Source: Prasinococcaceae sp. CCMP 1430 (lineage: Eukaryota; Plantae; Prasinodermophyta). From it: a stretch of DNA of 64,000 nucleotides. Below, piece after piece: positions 54,935-64,000 of the stretch; position 1 is the stretch's first letter; every line of letters starts with the position of its first letter. Position numbers and translations under genes: made by a program. The stretch is from NCBI GenBank assembly GCA_013416795.1, contig RQSC01000907.1:15641-79640 (forward strand). The letters run 5' to 3'. The notes below the pieces were generated by a model. That model worked only from the letters and a program-made list of their open reading frames with translations. It was not told the DNA's origin and did not search any database.

Positions 54935-57900
54935 CTACATGGCCATTGCGCCATCTTCCACTTCGCAGAGCCAGCTCGAGCCGAGCTCCTGGGCGAGCAC
55001 ATCGCGGGACTTAGCGTTCCCGCTGCTCGCCGCATGCAGCGCCCTGAGCAGCAGGGGCTTGAGCGCCGGATCCGAGAAGAAGGGAAACGGGACGTTGCAT
55101 AGCTTGGTGAGGATGGTGGGCGCCCGTCCCCACGTGAGCACCGCCTGGTTCTTAGGCGAGCCGCGTGCGAAGAAGGAAATGAGCACAATGACCTCCTCGA
55201 GGAGCTCCGCGACAATGCCGCCCTGCCGCATGCCGGGCGCCGCGGGACGCGACGTCCACGCGGCCGTACAGAAGCTCAGTAGGAAGCTCACCAGGTGGAA
55301 GAGCTCCATGCGCATGTCAGTCGAGCCTAGCAGCTGCTGCACCATGCAGTGGTCCCTCCGAGCGGCAGAGTTCAAGATGCGCATCACGGTTGTGGCAACT
55401 GGTACAAAATTCGGAGGTAGCTTGTCCGCGTCAGCCGCAGCTGCGCCGAGCCCGGGAGCGGCGTGCAGAAGCGTTGCAGTGAGCAGGCTAGGCAGCCCAC
55501 CGAGGTGCGTGTCGCCCAGCGCGCGCAGCACCGGTGCGGTGGAGCTCGTGTCGAGATGCGCATTTTCTTTGGATGCGCGGCACGGGGCCGAGCCGCACAG
55601 CGTCCCCAGCAGTCGCAAGCCCCACTCGATCGCCGAGGGAACCGGAGAGCCCTCCTCCTGCGGTCGTTCCCACACGGCGAAAAGTTCACGCAGGCGATGG
55701 ACGATGCCAAAGGACACCACGTAGTTCACCAGTGAGTTATGAACGGCGCGCGCGGGGTCCTGGCCCTCCTCGTCGGAGGACCTGCTCGACGCCTCTGCTG
55801 CGCGCGGCGCGCGAGCGAGAACGCTGTCCGATAGAGCGAGGAGGGCCTCGAGGAGTGTAGGATCTGCGTTGTTGTTGACCTTCTGCGTCGTTGGACACTC
55901 GGGCCCAGACGTTGAGCTCGACGACCTCGCGGTTGACGATGAGCGCGCGCGAATAGCCACCGGGTCGCTTCTCCTCGGCCTACACTCGACGTATGCGGCG
56001 CCACCCTCGCACGTCGCGTCCAGTTCTGACGCCAACAAAGGTGCGATCGGAAGAAAGATGTGCTTCGCGCGGACATACGCAGCATTCTCTGGTATGCCTA
56101 AGCAGAGCACCGCTGCCTCAGCTGTGATCGCTGCTGCTCCAGCAGACCCGTCGGAGTCATCCAGGTCGCGAGCGCGCGCCCCACTCGCGGGCGCAACGGC
56201 AGCGAGAGCTGTGAATGCGGCCTCGAGGGCTCCGCATCGCCGGACAAGGTGAAGCTCATTCTCTGCGGCAGTCCTTAGCGCCGCGATGCGTCCGGGAGGC
56301 AATTTGGATTCGCTCGACGAGCCTACCCTCTGGAACGACAGCGCTGCTGGCAGGCATCGTACGAGCTCCCTCGCGGCAGCCGTCACGGCGAAATAGTTTG
56401 CCTGCGTGGCGTTGGAGCATGTCGCCGCCGCGCGCTGCAACTCCGCCGCCGCCTTCTGGAGGCGCACCTTTGCGCCGCCGGCCGCCGCTGCGGCTGCATC
56501 TGCTGCGGGTGGTTCTACCCACGCGCATGGGATTTTCACCATGCGTTGCCTGATGCGCTTCGCCTTCTTTTTGCGCTCCTCCCTGAGACGTTTCGCAGCA
56601 GCGTCGGTGTCCTCCTCCGCCGGCTGTGCCTCGAGCGAGCACGGCGCATCGTCGAAGGGCCCCACCGCGCCACCTGTCGGCGTCGTGGGCGCCTGGCCCG
56701 ACTCGGGGGTGCATGCCTCGGCGTGCTGGTGGATGAGTTCGAGGTTCTTGCGCCGCCTCCGTGTGGCCTCGGCACGCCGCGCCGCGAGCATTCGGTCGAT
56801 GCGCGCCATCTCGTCCGCCGGACGGGCGGCCTGCGCAGCAGCTACTCGCCGCTCCTTAATCACTCTCACCTCCGCCGCCAGTGCAAGCATTGCACGATGC
56901 TCGTCCGCGGCCTTGGCCGCAGCCTCCTCCTTCTTTGCTTTCTTGGCTGCAAGCTTCGCCTTGCGCCCCTCTTCGAGCGCCTGCCTCTTTATCGCAGCAG
57001 CCTCAATCCTTTGGCGTGCCTCCTCCTCCCTGGATCGCCTAGCTTCCTCGCGTCTGGCTTCCGCCTTTTCCAGTTTCTGCTGGAGTGACAAACGCTTGCT
57101 GTCCACCTCCAAGGACCGCATGGAAACCACCTCGCTCACCTTCTTGGAAACCTCCCCGGCCTTCCTAGCAAGCTCCGCCAGATGCTGCTCGTGGCGCCTC
57201 TTGGCTGACGACTCCCGATGGTCAAGCTGTGCCTTGAGCCTGGATCGACGCACCTCCTGCCATTTCTCCGCCTGCCTGTGCCTGTCCGCCAATTTCGCCA
57301 GCCGAGCGCGGCGCTCGAGGTCGAGACGCTCGCGTGCCTCGCTCGCGCGTGCCTGCTTCGCAGCCGCCGCAGCTGCAGCTTCTGTCGGTGACTTCTTCTT
57401 TCGCTCGGGGCTCATCAGCTTGTCGTGGAGCGATTTGACACGCGACAAGCCCGAGGGCGTGGTCACGGCACTATCGAAGGCCACTCTGGGCGTGACGACC
57501 TCGCTCGGCTGTCTCACCCGCTTCTTCAAGGCATCGCCTGGGCGCTCGATGGGTGCCGGGGTGAGCCGTCTCTCAGGCGATGCGCCCCCACTGCTCTTCG
57601 CGCTGCCGTTGCCTGAGCTGCTGCCAGGTGAAGAGCCACTGGAGCCCCCGCGCACAATCTTGCCCTGCTCCTTGGGAAATATGGTCCCCCAGTTTTTCTT
57701 CACCTTCCACGCCGCCGCGCCCAAGTCGGACGCGCTCTTTCCACATCCGTGCGTGTCGTCTGGGCCGACTGCGCCCGGCGTGTTCGATGAGTTCGTGCGA
57801 TTCTTGAGCGCTTCGTCCCCGCCGGGCACGCACGCCTCGGAGTGAGCGGCGCTGGCAACTGCCTTTGTCAGGCCAGACCTGCCCGGCGTGGGGGTGTCGC

Positions 57901-58970
57901 CGTCCGGGAGGCTTCCAAGCTCGAGTTTTCTGTTTGTCTTGCGGGCTGATGGTGGGTGCGCCACGCGCTTCGTGGGTGTCGGAGTCAGCATCGCGTCCTC
58001 GGCCTGTGTTTGCTGCCTGCTGCCGTCAGCCTTTTCTGATGGCGCAGCAGCGCTCCCTGCAACAAGAGGTGCGGAGCCGACGCTCCCTGCCTCGCCGCAA
58101 GCCACAACGTTGCGCCCGAAGAGTGGTGCTACCTTCGGCGCAGCGAGGGATGCCAGTATCTCTCCCGGGTTGAAATCTCCGCTCGCCAGCCCTTCCCTGG
58201 GCAGCGCTGCCAGCGCGCTGGCCATGACAAGCTCCGTCGACCTTCGCGGCCTGACTTCCCACGCGACGCTCGCACCGGTCTCAGTCGCTTTCTCCTGCTG
58301 CTCGTGGCGACGCATAAGCCCGCGGAAATCGTCCGCCGCCTCGGACAGCAGCGTTGTCACACGCCGCAGCTTCTCCTGCGAACTGTCCACCTCTGCATGC
58401 GACGCGCATTGATGCGTCAGTCAGCACGAGCGCTCCACTGATCAGTTCCTGCGCGCGTTGCTGCGCAGGGCGCGGCGCGTGCACATCGCACGCACCGCAC
58501 AGGCAGTAGAGCTCGTCCACTGAGCGGTTGAGCGACTCGAGCAGATAGCGGAACAGCTGCCGCCGGAACGAGTCGGGGTTGCCACCCTCGCAGCCAGGCG
58601 TCGACGGCGTCGGCGGCGTCAACGCGCCGTCCACGCGCCCGGCTGCAGAACGCACGGACGGCGGTTCGCCTGCCGCAGCATCAATACCGGCGGGACGGAG
58701 ACGCTCGCCTGCGCCAGCCCGCGCGACACCGGGCGCGCCCTCCAGCTCCTCCTCCTCCCCCTCCCCCTCCCCCTCCTCCTCCTCCTGCTGCTGCTGCTGC
58801 CGCTGCTGCAACTGCCGCCGCTGTTGAAGCTGCTGCGGCTGCTGCCGCTGGTGCTGTTCCGCGCTGCGCGGGTCAGGCGCGGGTTTGTGCGCAGACCTCG
58901 GCGAGGCCGCCGCTCTACCCCCTTCGTCTTCGTCGTCGTCGCTCCACATCCCCAGGGACGACGAGGCCAT
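54935..58970 (-). CDS. SCAPER: SCAPER (S-phase cyclin A-associated protein in the ER)-like; exons 58970..58496 and 58392..54935
   Basis: LFRYLLESLNRSVDELYCLC|E, ADDFRGL, SVAWEVR and LHDKLMSPERKK, a long coiled coil, and the C-terminal LLEEVIVLISFFARGSPKNQAVLTWGRAPTILTKLCNVPFPFFSDPAL. Intron 58495-58393 is canonical. Confidence 0.9.
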
Positions 58971-59557
58971 GGCCGCGGACGCCACAGGAGGCCGCGCGCA
59001 CACGGCGCGCGCTGTGGCAGTGCCCGCTCGCATCCGCGTGCGCGCGTGTGTTTTTGAATATCGCTCCGGTGACGCAGGTCTCAATCAAAGCACTTTTTGT
59101 TTGCTATGCATTTTTGCAAAATTTGGCATGCTTTGCAAACCCTCTTCGAGGGATTCAATCCCAAAGTTCGAGCTCGGTCCGACCCTCAGCATTTCCGTGC
59201 GCTCTTTTTCTTGCGCGCCGCGCGGCGCACGCGGCGCCACAGCGGAGTGCGCGAGGGCGGTGTCGCTCGGCGCACCGCCCGACCCTGGCGGCGTGCCAGG
59301 GCAGGCCGGGGCCGGACGGACCCCGGCAGAGAGGGAGGAGCGTGCGGGGAGAGGCGCCGCCGGCGCACCACGCACCACGCGCCGCCGCCGCGCGCCGTGC
59401 GCCGCGCACAGTGGGTGGCAAAAAAGAGGGGAGGCAGACTTCCTCGTCCGTCTCCCTCGGGTGGGCGTGTTCTCCCGCGTGCCAGCGTGCGGCGGAGCTG
59501 ACACCCGCGGCCGCCTAGGCCAGAAGGACCGCCTGGGGTCTTTAGGCCGCGCGCGAA

Positions 59558-62500
59558 ATGGCGGGCTCGCCAGAGTATGTCGAGCTCACTGGCTCGAGCG
59601 ACGATAGCGACGGCAATGCAGCGGACGCGCAGGGTGGGCGCGTGGCGCGCATGGCTCTCACGCCGCCGCCGCGCGGACAGAAGCCCACAGGATCCGAGCA
59701 TGCCCCCGAGGGCCTTGGCAATGCGCAGAGGGGAGGCAAGGACACTCCCCCGCTTGTAGTATGTTCAGACACCCCCCCATCCCCCGACATCGACGGCCAA
59801 CAGGAGGATGCGCCGGCCCTTATGGTGCAGCTGAGCGACGGGGGGCGCAGCAGGGATGCTTCGGGCAGCGACGCGAGCGGCAGCGGGAGTAGGCGCGCGT
59901 CAGATGACGATGACGCCGCTGCCAGCGGTGACGGCCACCTTGCCACTGCGCGAGCGCAGATGGCGCTCGCGCTCGCGCGGCAGCGCTCTCCGGGGCAAGT
60001 GCGCCGCAAGCGCACCAGGGCAGTGCCAGTGTTTCCGCAGGACGCATTCGAGACGGTCGGCGAGGGCCTCCTGCGCTTCCCATGGATGGTGTATCCGAAG
60101 CACCTCGCCACCTGCCTCATTGCAGCTGCGAAAGTTGCCAGGCGCGAACGAGGGAGGGTGATGAGGGGCCGACTCGAGGGCGAGGAACCGCCGCCGCCAC
60201 AGCGGACCGACGCGAGCGGCAATCTAGAGGGCATCCCGGCCGCCCTGAGGCGACTCTGCATCGATTTGGCACCCGACTCATTCGAAAAGTGCTTTGACGA
60301 CAGCGCGCTCAAAAACTGGGACGACAATATCCAGTGCAACATATTGGAGGCTGCTATCGGGCTTGGAGAGCTCGTTGTCGCTCGGCTCGCTCTCCATTCT
60401 GCGAGAAACGAGGCCATCGAGGACGAGGAAGGTGGCGAGGTGCCGCCTTGGTCCGCGCCTGACGAAGGCGAAGACCTTGCAGCTCTTCTTGGTGCCCTTG
60501 CGCGCACGTTCGACGTGGGCAGCCTCTTTCACCGGCACCATCGTCATGACCCCACCTTTCCAGGCGCGGCATCGCTGGCCGCGCAGGACGCTGTGTACCG
60601 CTCTGCCGAAATATCTGCCGCGGTCGGTATCGTGCGAGGTGCTGGCAATCCTGGCACTCCTTACGAAGGTGGCATTGGGTGCTTTGCCAGACCCGCTGCG
60701 GCGGGCGGGCCAGGAAGCCTTGTGCGGATGCGCAGCCGGACTGCATCGGGTCTGGAGGGTAGCGGAACAAGGTTGTTCTCCCCATCGAAACGACCTCAGG
60801 TCGGGGATGTGGGTTCCTTGGGGCTCTCAAGCGATGAGGAGGACAGCTACGAGGAGGACAGCCTAGGGGGTGCATCAATGGGCAAAGTTGGCCGCCCATT
60901 GGCCGAGAATACCATGGCAGCGCACCTTGTGGAAGTATTTTGTAGCTGCGGGGGGCTGAAGCTCATCGTGGAGTGGCTAGACCAACTCCCACCTGTACAG
61001 GAGCTCGAGCCACTTTTGCACGTGCTGGCGTCCGCCTCTTCCCTGTGGACCGACGCTGCGGTGCACTCATTCGACGCCCAGTGCTTCAAAGTCCTCGAGC
61101 GTGTCATGCACGCGTTCACCGAAATAATGGACGCAGAGGGCCCGGCGGATAGCGCTGACGGCGACAGTCTCTTCGTGGCCTCTCTTGCGGACGCAAACGA
61201 CGGCTCCCTCGCAACTGTCAGCCAGGCACTCGAGCACCTCGAACGCATCATCGCACTGAGCGTTGGTGAAAAGAATGCAGGGGCGCAGGTGGCCCGTGTG
61301 CGCTGTGGGTTGGTAGAGATGCTGCTCGCTGGCGCGCCATCGTTTCGCAAGCAGCTCACCGCTGTTCGCGAGCTGTCGAAGCTTCTCGGGCGCGTGAGCG
61401 CGCTCAATGTTGTGGAGAGCGGCCCTGCGAGCGAGCACGCGCAGGGCGCGAGCGTGCCCAGCGTCCTCGAATGGCTAGAGAGCAAAGGTGTTCTCAAAAC
61501 GATTCTGCGGTCCAACTTTCACCATAGGCAATACGTGGAGCAGGTGGCCAATGTGATGCTTTTCCTAGTTCAGGAGGGTGCACTTCGTGAGGAACACCTC
61601 GCGGACATTTGGGGCGTAGTCGAGGACCCTGAGCAGCACGACTCGGTGAAGACGACCACGCTTGGACTGCTTACCACACTGGCATGGCATTTCAACACCG
61701 CCCAGCTCGACGCGCTCTTCGCACGCTTCGAGAGCATCCTTGTCCGCGGCGATTCTCGCAGCGCGCTGCGCGCAGTCGACGCTATGGAGGCGCTGGTGGG
61801 TGACCGTGACAGCTCGGGCCTCATGACGGATCGCGTTGTCGAGCTGCTGTGGCGCGCTCTCGTCGGCAACGGCCAGCACTGTGGTACATCCGATGACGAC
61901 GTTGCCGCTGCGCTCATCGACGCGCTTTCTGGTGCTACGCTCAAGGCGGGGCAGCCGTCCAAAGACACGAGCGGCGTGGTTAGCATTCACACCTGCGGCG
62001 TCCGAGAGAAGCTGATCAATAGAGCTGTTGCCGTGCTGGCTCGACCGGGAGCAACGGCACGTTGCCTTGGCCTCCTGCGCGCGCTACTGCGCCTGTATCC
62101 GTCCTCAATAGCGTGCTCTGGGTCGGTGGTGAACCTGCAGGCATTCGAGGACACGCGCGCAGAGCGGCTACAGGTCTTACAAGAGAACCTGCAGCTGACG
62201 GAGCGCCTGGTTGACCTGGTGTGCAGGCGGCCTCTGACCGGCGGAGTGGAGACGCGGGACTGCGAGTTGCTTCTTGAGTTTTTGGACTTCGTCCTCACCT
62301 CTGCTGACGGCAGGATCCTACTCTCGGAAGAATGCACTTCACGCCTTTGGGATGTGCTTGTCGGTGATGGTGCCGCTGGCCCGCTGGCGGACTATGGGCT
62401 GCAATGGGTATCAAAGCTACTGAAGGGCAAACCACTGCTCGATGCCTCCGCGCTGCGTGCTCTCTTACGTGCACTTGAGGGGCTGCGTTCTTCTGCGTTG

Positions 62501-64000
62501 GCGGAGAGCGCACTGTACTGTGTGTTGGCCTCCTTTGTTTGGGCGAACGTACAAGGCTCGCAGAAGCTTCGAATGGGCGATGATATCAACCTGGTAGGTG
62601 GGGATATGACTGAATTTGCGTCGGCAGCGGCCATCCTGACGGAGGTCAGCGGCGCGGCGTGTGGCGCACCCCCGAGCCAGGCCTCGGCGGGGCTCCCTTC
62701 ACACGACAGTCTCTCAGCAGACGACGTCGCGCTGGACGGCTTCGAGGTCGTCTGGCGTGCGGCACTGGAGGCGCCGCACACCGAACTCGTGGTGTACTGC
62801 CAACGCCTCATCTGTCACCTGTACATGTCCGCTGCGTGCAGTGCTGCAGCCGACGACTGTTCAGGCTTCGCCGAAATCTGCGCTCGTTTTATTTCTGTGT
62901 GCACGGGCGAGTTGCGCGGAAAGTCACCCAGCAACGACGCTGTCACAGCACTCCGCACCGAGCGTGCCCTGCAGATGCTCCGCATCTTCCTCGACATGTG
63001 TGAGCTCCAGCGATGGGAGGTACGACCGACAGCACACGGCACCTCGTTCGCGGCCCCGCCCTTTCGCGTCCAGGTGACGCACATGAACACCCCAGAGGCC
63101 TTCAGTGTGCCATCCAATGTGTCTCTGGCGCACTTCAGCGAGGCTGTACTCGCTCGCTTCAAGATTGACCGGACGGGTGTCAGGGCTGTGCTCTCTCAGC
63201 ATGGGATTCGCATCGCCGGCGACGGCCTCCCGCTCTCTGCGCTCGGGGTCAATCGCGAGGCCTCCCTACAGCTAGCAGTGGAGCCTGCCCCGAGCGCACA
63301 AGAGGCCGCATGCCTGCCTGCGAGCGCTCATCCTGGGGCAATCGTGGCAGGAGATGCGAGTGTTTTCGACCTCCTGTACAACCTGGACGCATGTGGCTCT
63401 GCATCTGTGCGCTCAAGTGCGAGTCTCCTCCTGGGACGGCTGCCCACGGATCCGCGTCTCTTGCGCGTCTGCGATGAGCTTGCGCAATCCTCCGCCAATG
63501 TCGGGGAAGACTTGTTCGGCCGTCTCTTTCGTGAAGGGGTGCCACTGTTGTACGCTTTGCAGGTGCTGCATGCCGCGCTCAGCCCTGACGCATCGCAAGA
63601 TTTTGGTAGGCGAGCTCAGTTGCTGAATGCGCTCACTCGCTGCAACGCCCGGGCCAAGCTGATTGAAGTCCTCGAGACAATCGGAGGAAATGCGACTGCC
63701 GCCCATCGCGATGCCTTGCGCGTGCAGACGGCTGTTTATTCCGCAGCTAGCGTTCTAGACGTTCTCATGCACCACAGCGAGACAACGCGAGGGGATCCCA
63801 ATGCCTCTGAGGAACTCCAGTGTGACCGTGACGCAGAGGATACAGCGGCAGCTCTGGCGTATTTGAGCGTGTCTAGACGACTGCCGGTCGTGACTGGAAC
63901 TCCTTCGGCCACCGACGCGCTCGCATCGGTCGGTGCGGGGATCATGCACTCAGTAGAAGGCTGTGGGGAGTGCAGCGTTGTGCAGGCATTTCTGTACAAA
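59558..64000 (+). CDS. USP9X/USP24 (fat facets)-like ubiquitin C-terminal hydrolase, N-terminal HEAT/ARM region; open past the window end and absent from the supplied ORF track
   Basis: ATG at 59558 (MAGSPEYVELTG), then FPQDAF..RFPWMV, SFEKCFDDSALKNWDDNIQ, PSFRKQLTAVREL and VLEWLESKGVLKTILRSNFHHRQYVEQVANVMLFLVQEGALREEHLADIW..HDSVKTTTLGLLTTLAWHFNTAQLDALFARF. The last stretch closely parallels the USP9X segment EWIQQNNIL..SLHQPQYVEKLEKILRF..LAWDFSPEQLDHLF. The catalytic domain is not in the window. Confidence 0.85.
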   Translation, partial: MAGSPEYVELTGSSDDSDGNAADAQGGRVARMALTPPPRGQKPTGSEHAPEGLGNAQRGGKDTPPLVVCSDTPPSPDIDGQQEDAPALMVQLSDGGRSRDASGSDASGSGSRRASDDDDAAASGDGHLATARAQMALALARQRSPGQVRRKRTRAVPVFPQDAFETVGEGLLRFPWMVYPKHLATCLIAAAKVARRERGRVMRGRLEGEEPPPPQRTDASGNLEGIPAALRRLCIDLAPDSFEKCFDDSALKNWDDNIQCNILEAAIGLGELVVARLALHSARNEAIEDEEGGEVPPWSAPDEGEDLAALLGALARTFDVGSLFHRHHRHDPTFPGAASLAAQDAVYRSAEISAAVGIVRGAGNPGTPYEGGIGCFARPAAAGGPGSLVRMRSRTASGLEGSGTRLFSPSKRPQVGDVGSLGLSSDEEDSYEEDSLGGASMGKVGRPLAENTMAAHLVEVFCSCGGLKLIVEWLDQLPPVQELEPLLHVLASASSLWTDAAVHSFDAQCFKVLERVMHAFTEIMDAEGPADSADGDSLFVASLADANDGSLATVSQALEHLERIIALSVGEKNAGAQVARVRCGLVEMLLAGAPSFRKQLTAVRELSKLLGRVSALNVVESGPASEHAQGASVPSVLEWLESKGVLKTILRSNFHHRQYVEQVANVMLFLVQEGALREEHLADIWGVVEDPEQHDSVKTTTLGLLTTLAWHFNTAQLDALFARFESILVRGDSRSALRAVDAMEALVGDRDSSGLMTDRVVELLWRALVGNGQHCGTSDDDVAAALIDALSGATLKAGQPSKDTSGVVSIHTCGVREKLINRAVAVLARPGATARCLGLLRALLRLYPSSIACSGSVVNLQAFEDTRAERLQVLQENLQLTERLVDLVCRRPLTGGVETRDCELLLEFLDFVLTSADGRILLSEECTSRLWDVLVGDGAAGPLADYGLQWVSKLLKGKPLLDASALRALLRALEGLRSSALAESALYCVLASFVWANVQGSQKLRMGDDINLVGGDMTEFASAAAILTEVSGAACGAPPSQASAGLPSHDSLSADDVALDGFEVVWRAALEAPHTELVVYCQRLICHLYMSAACSAAADDCSGFAEICARFISVCTGELRGKSPSNDAVTALRTERALQMLRIFLDMCELQRWEVRPTAHGTSFAAPPFRVQVTHMNTPEAFSVPSNVSLAHFSEAVLARFKIDRTGVRAVLSQHGIRIAGDGLPLSALGVNREASLQLAVEPAPSAQEAACLPASAHPGAIVAGDASVFDLLYNLDACGSASVRSSASLLLGRLPTDPRLLRVCDELAQSSANVGEDLFGRLFREGVPLLYALQVLHAALSPDASQDFGRRAQLLNALTRCNARAKLIEVLETIGGNATAAHRDALRVQTAVYSAASVLDVLMHHSETTRGDPNASEELQCDRDAEDTAAALAYLSVSRRLPVVTGTPSATDALASVGAGIMHSVEGCGECSVVQAFLYK

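Noticed and set aside
141-64000. Hundreds of overlapping Arg/Ala/Pro/Gly-rich ORFs in the track, including those reading through N gaps
   Set aside because: Expected from stop-codon scarcity at very high GC. They are alternative frames of the real genes or low-complexity intergenic DNA.
1-64000. rRNA or tRNA genes
   Set aside because: None recognisable in the window.

Overview
Gene-dense, very GC-rich eukaryotic nuclear DNA with GT-AG introns (GTGCG/GTGAG donors, GCTGAC branch points). PsbP, CPI1, SnRK2 and AP2 genes place it in the green lineage. A prasinophyte-grade green alga is my inference; the species cannot be established from sequence alone. It is a draft assembly with N gaps at 351-897 and 6947-7037, single or short Ns at 2420, 34056, 43277, 46024 and 48799-48804, and at least one probable chimeric join near 36700. 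About 23 genes or gene fragments are recognisable: eEF3, Aquarius, an EcKL/APH-type kinase, a secreted SMB-domain protein, a triple-AP2 protein, an acidic coiled-coil protein ending in CCVVS, a BSD-Rab3GAP1 fusion, CPI1, a WD40 protein, a tricorn protease, a twin-CX9C protein, Sec1, SnRK2 and PsbP fragments, a BROMI/TBC1D32-like gene, an EF-hand mitochondrial carrier, LSm4, an orphan response regulator, SCAPER and a USP9X/USP24-like DUB running off the end. The strongest leads are: (1) a spliced gene of about 1050-1080 aa at 49914-53543 that starts with a histone H3-tail mimic (MTRTKEVARKSHG) but has no histone fold, followed by Tudor-like, Rap1-type Myb-like, coiled-coil and TPR regions; (2) an intron-containing tricorn protease, a mainly prokaryotic family, with its catalytic motifs intact; (3) scrambled RLE-type non-LTR retroelement fragments that all join a ~70-bp module at the same nucleotide (..CCCTTTGCAGCA^); (4) a ciliary BROMI-like gene broken by a single-base frameshift. 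All family assignments come from motif recognition by eye; no searches were run.
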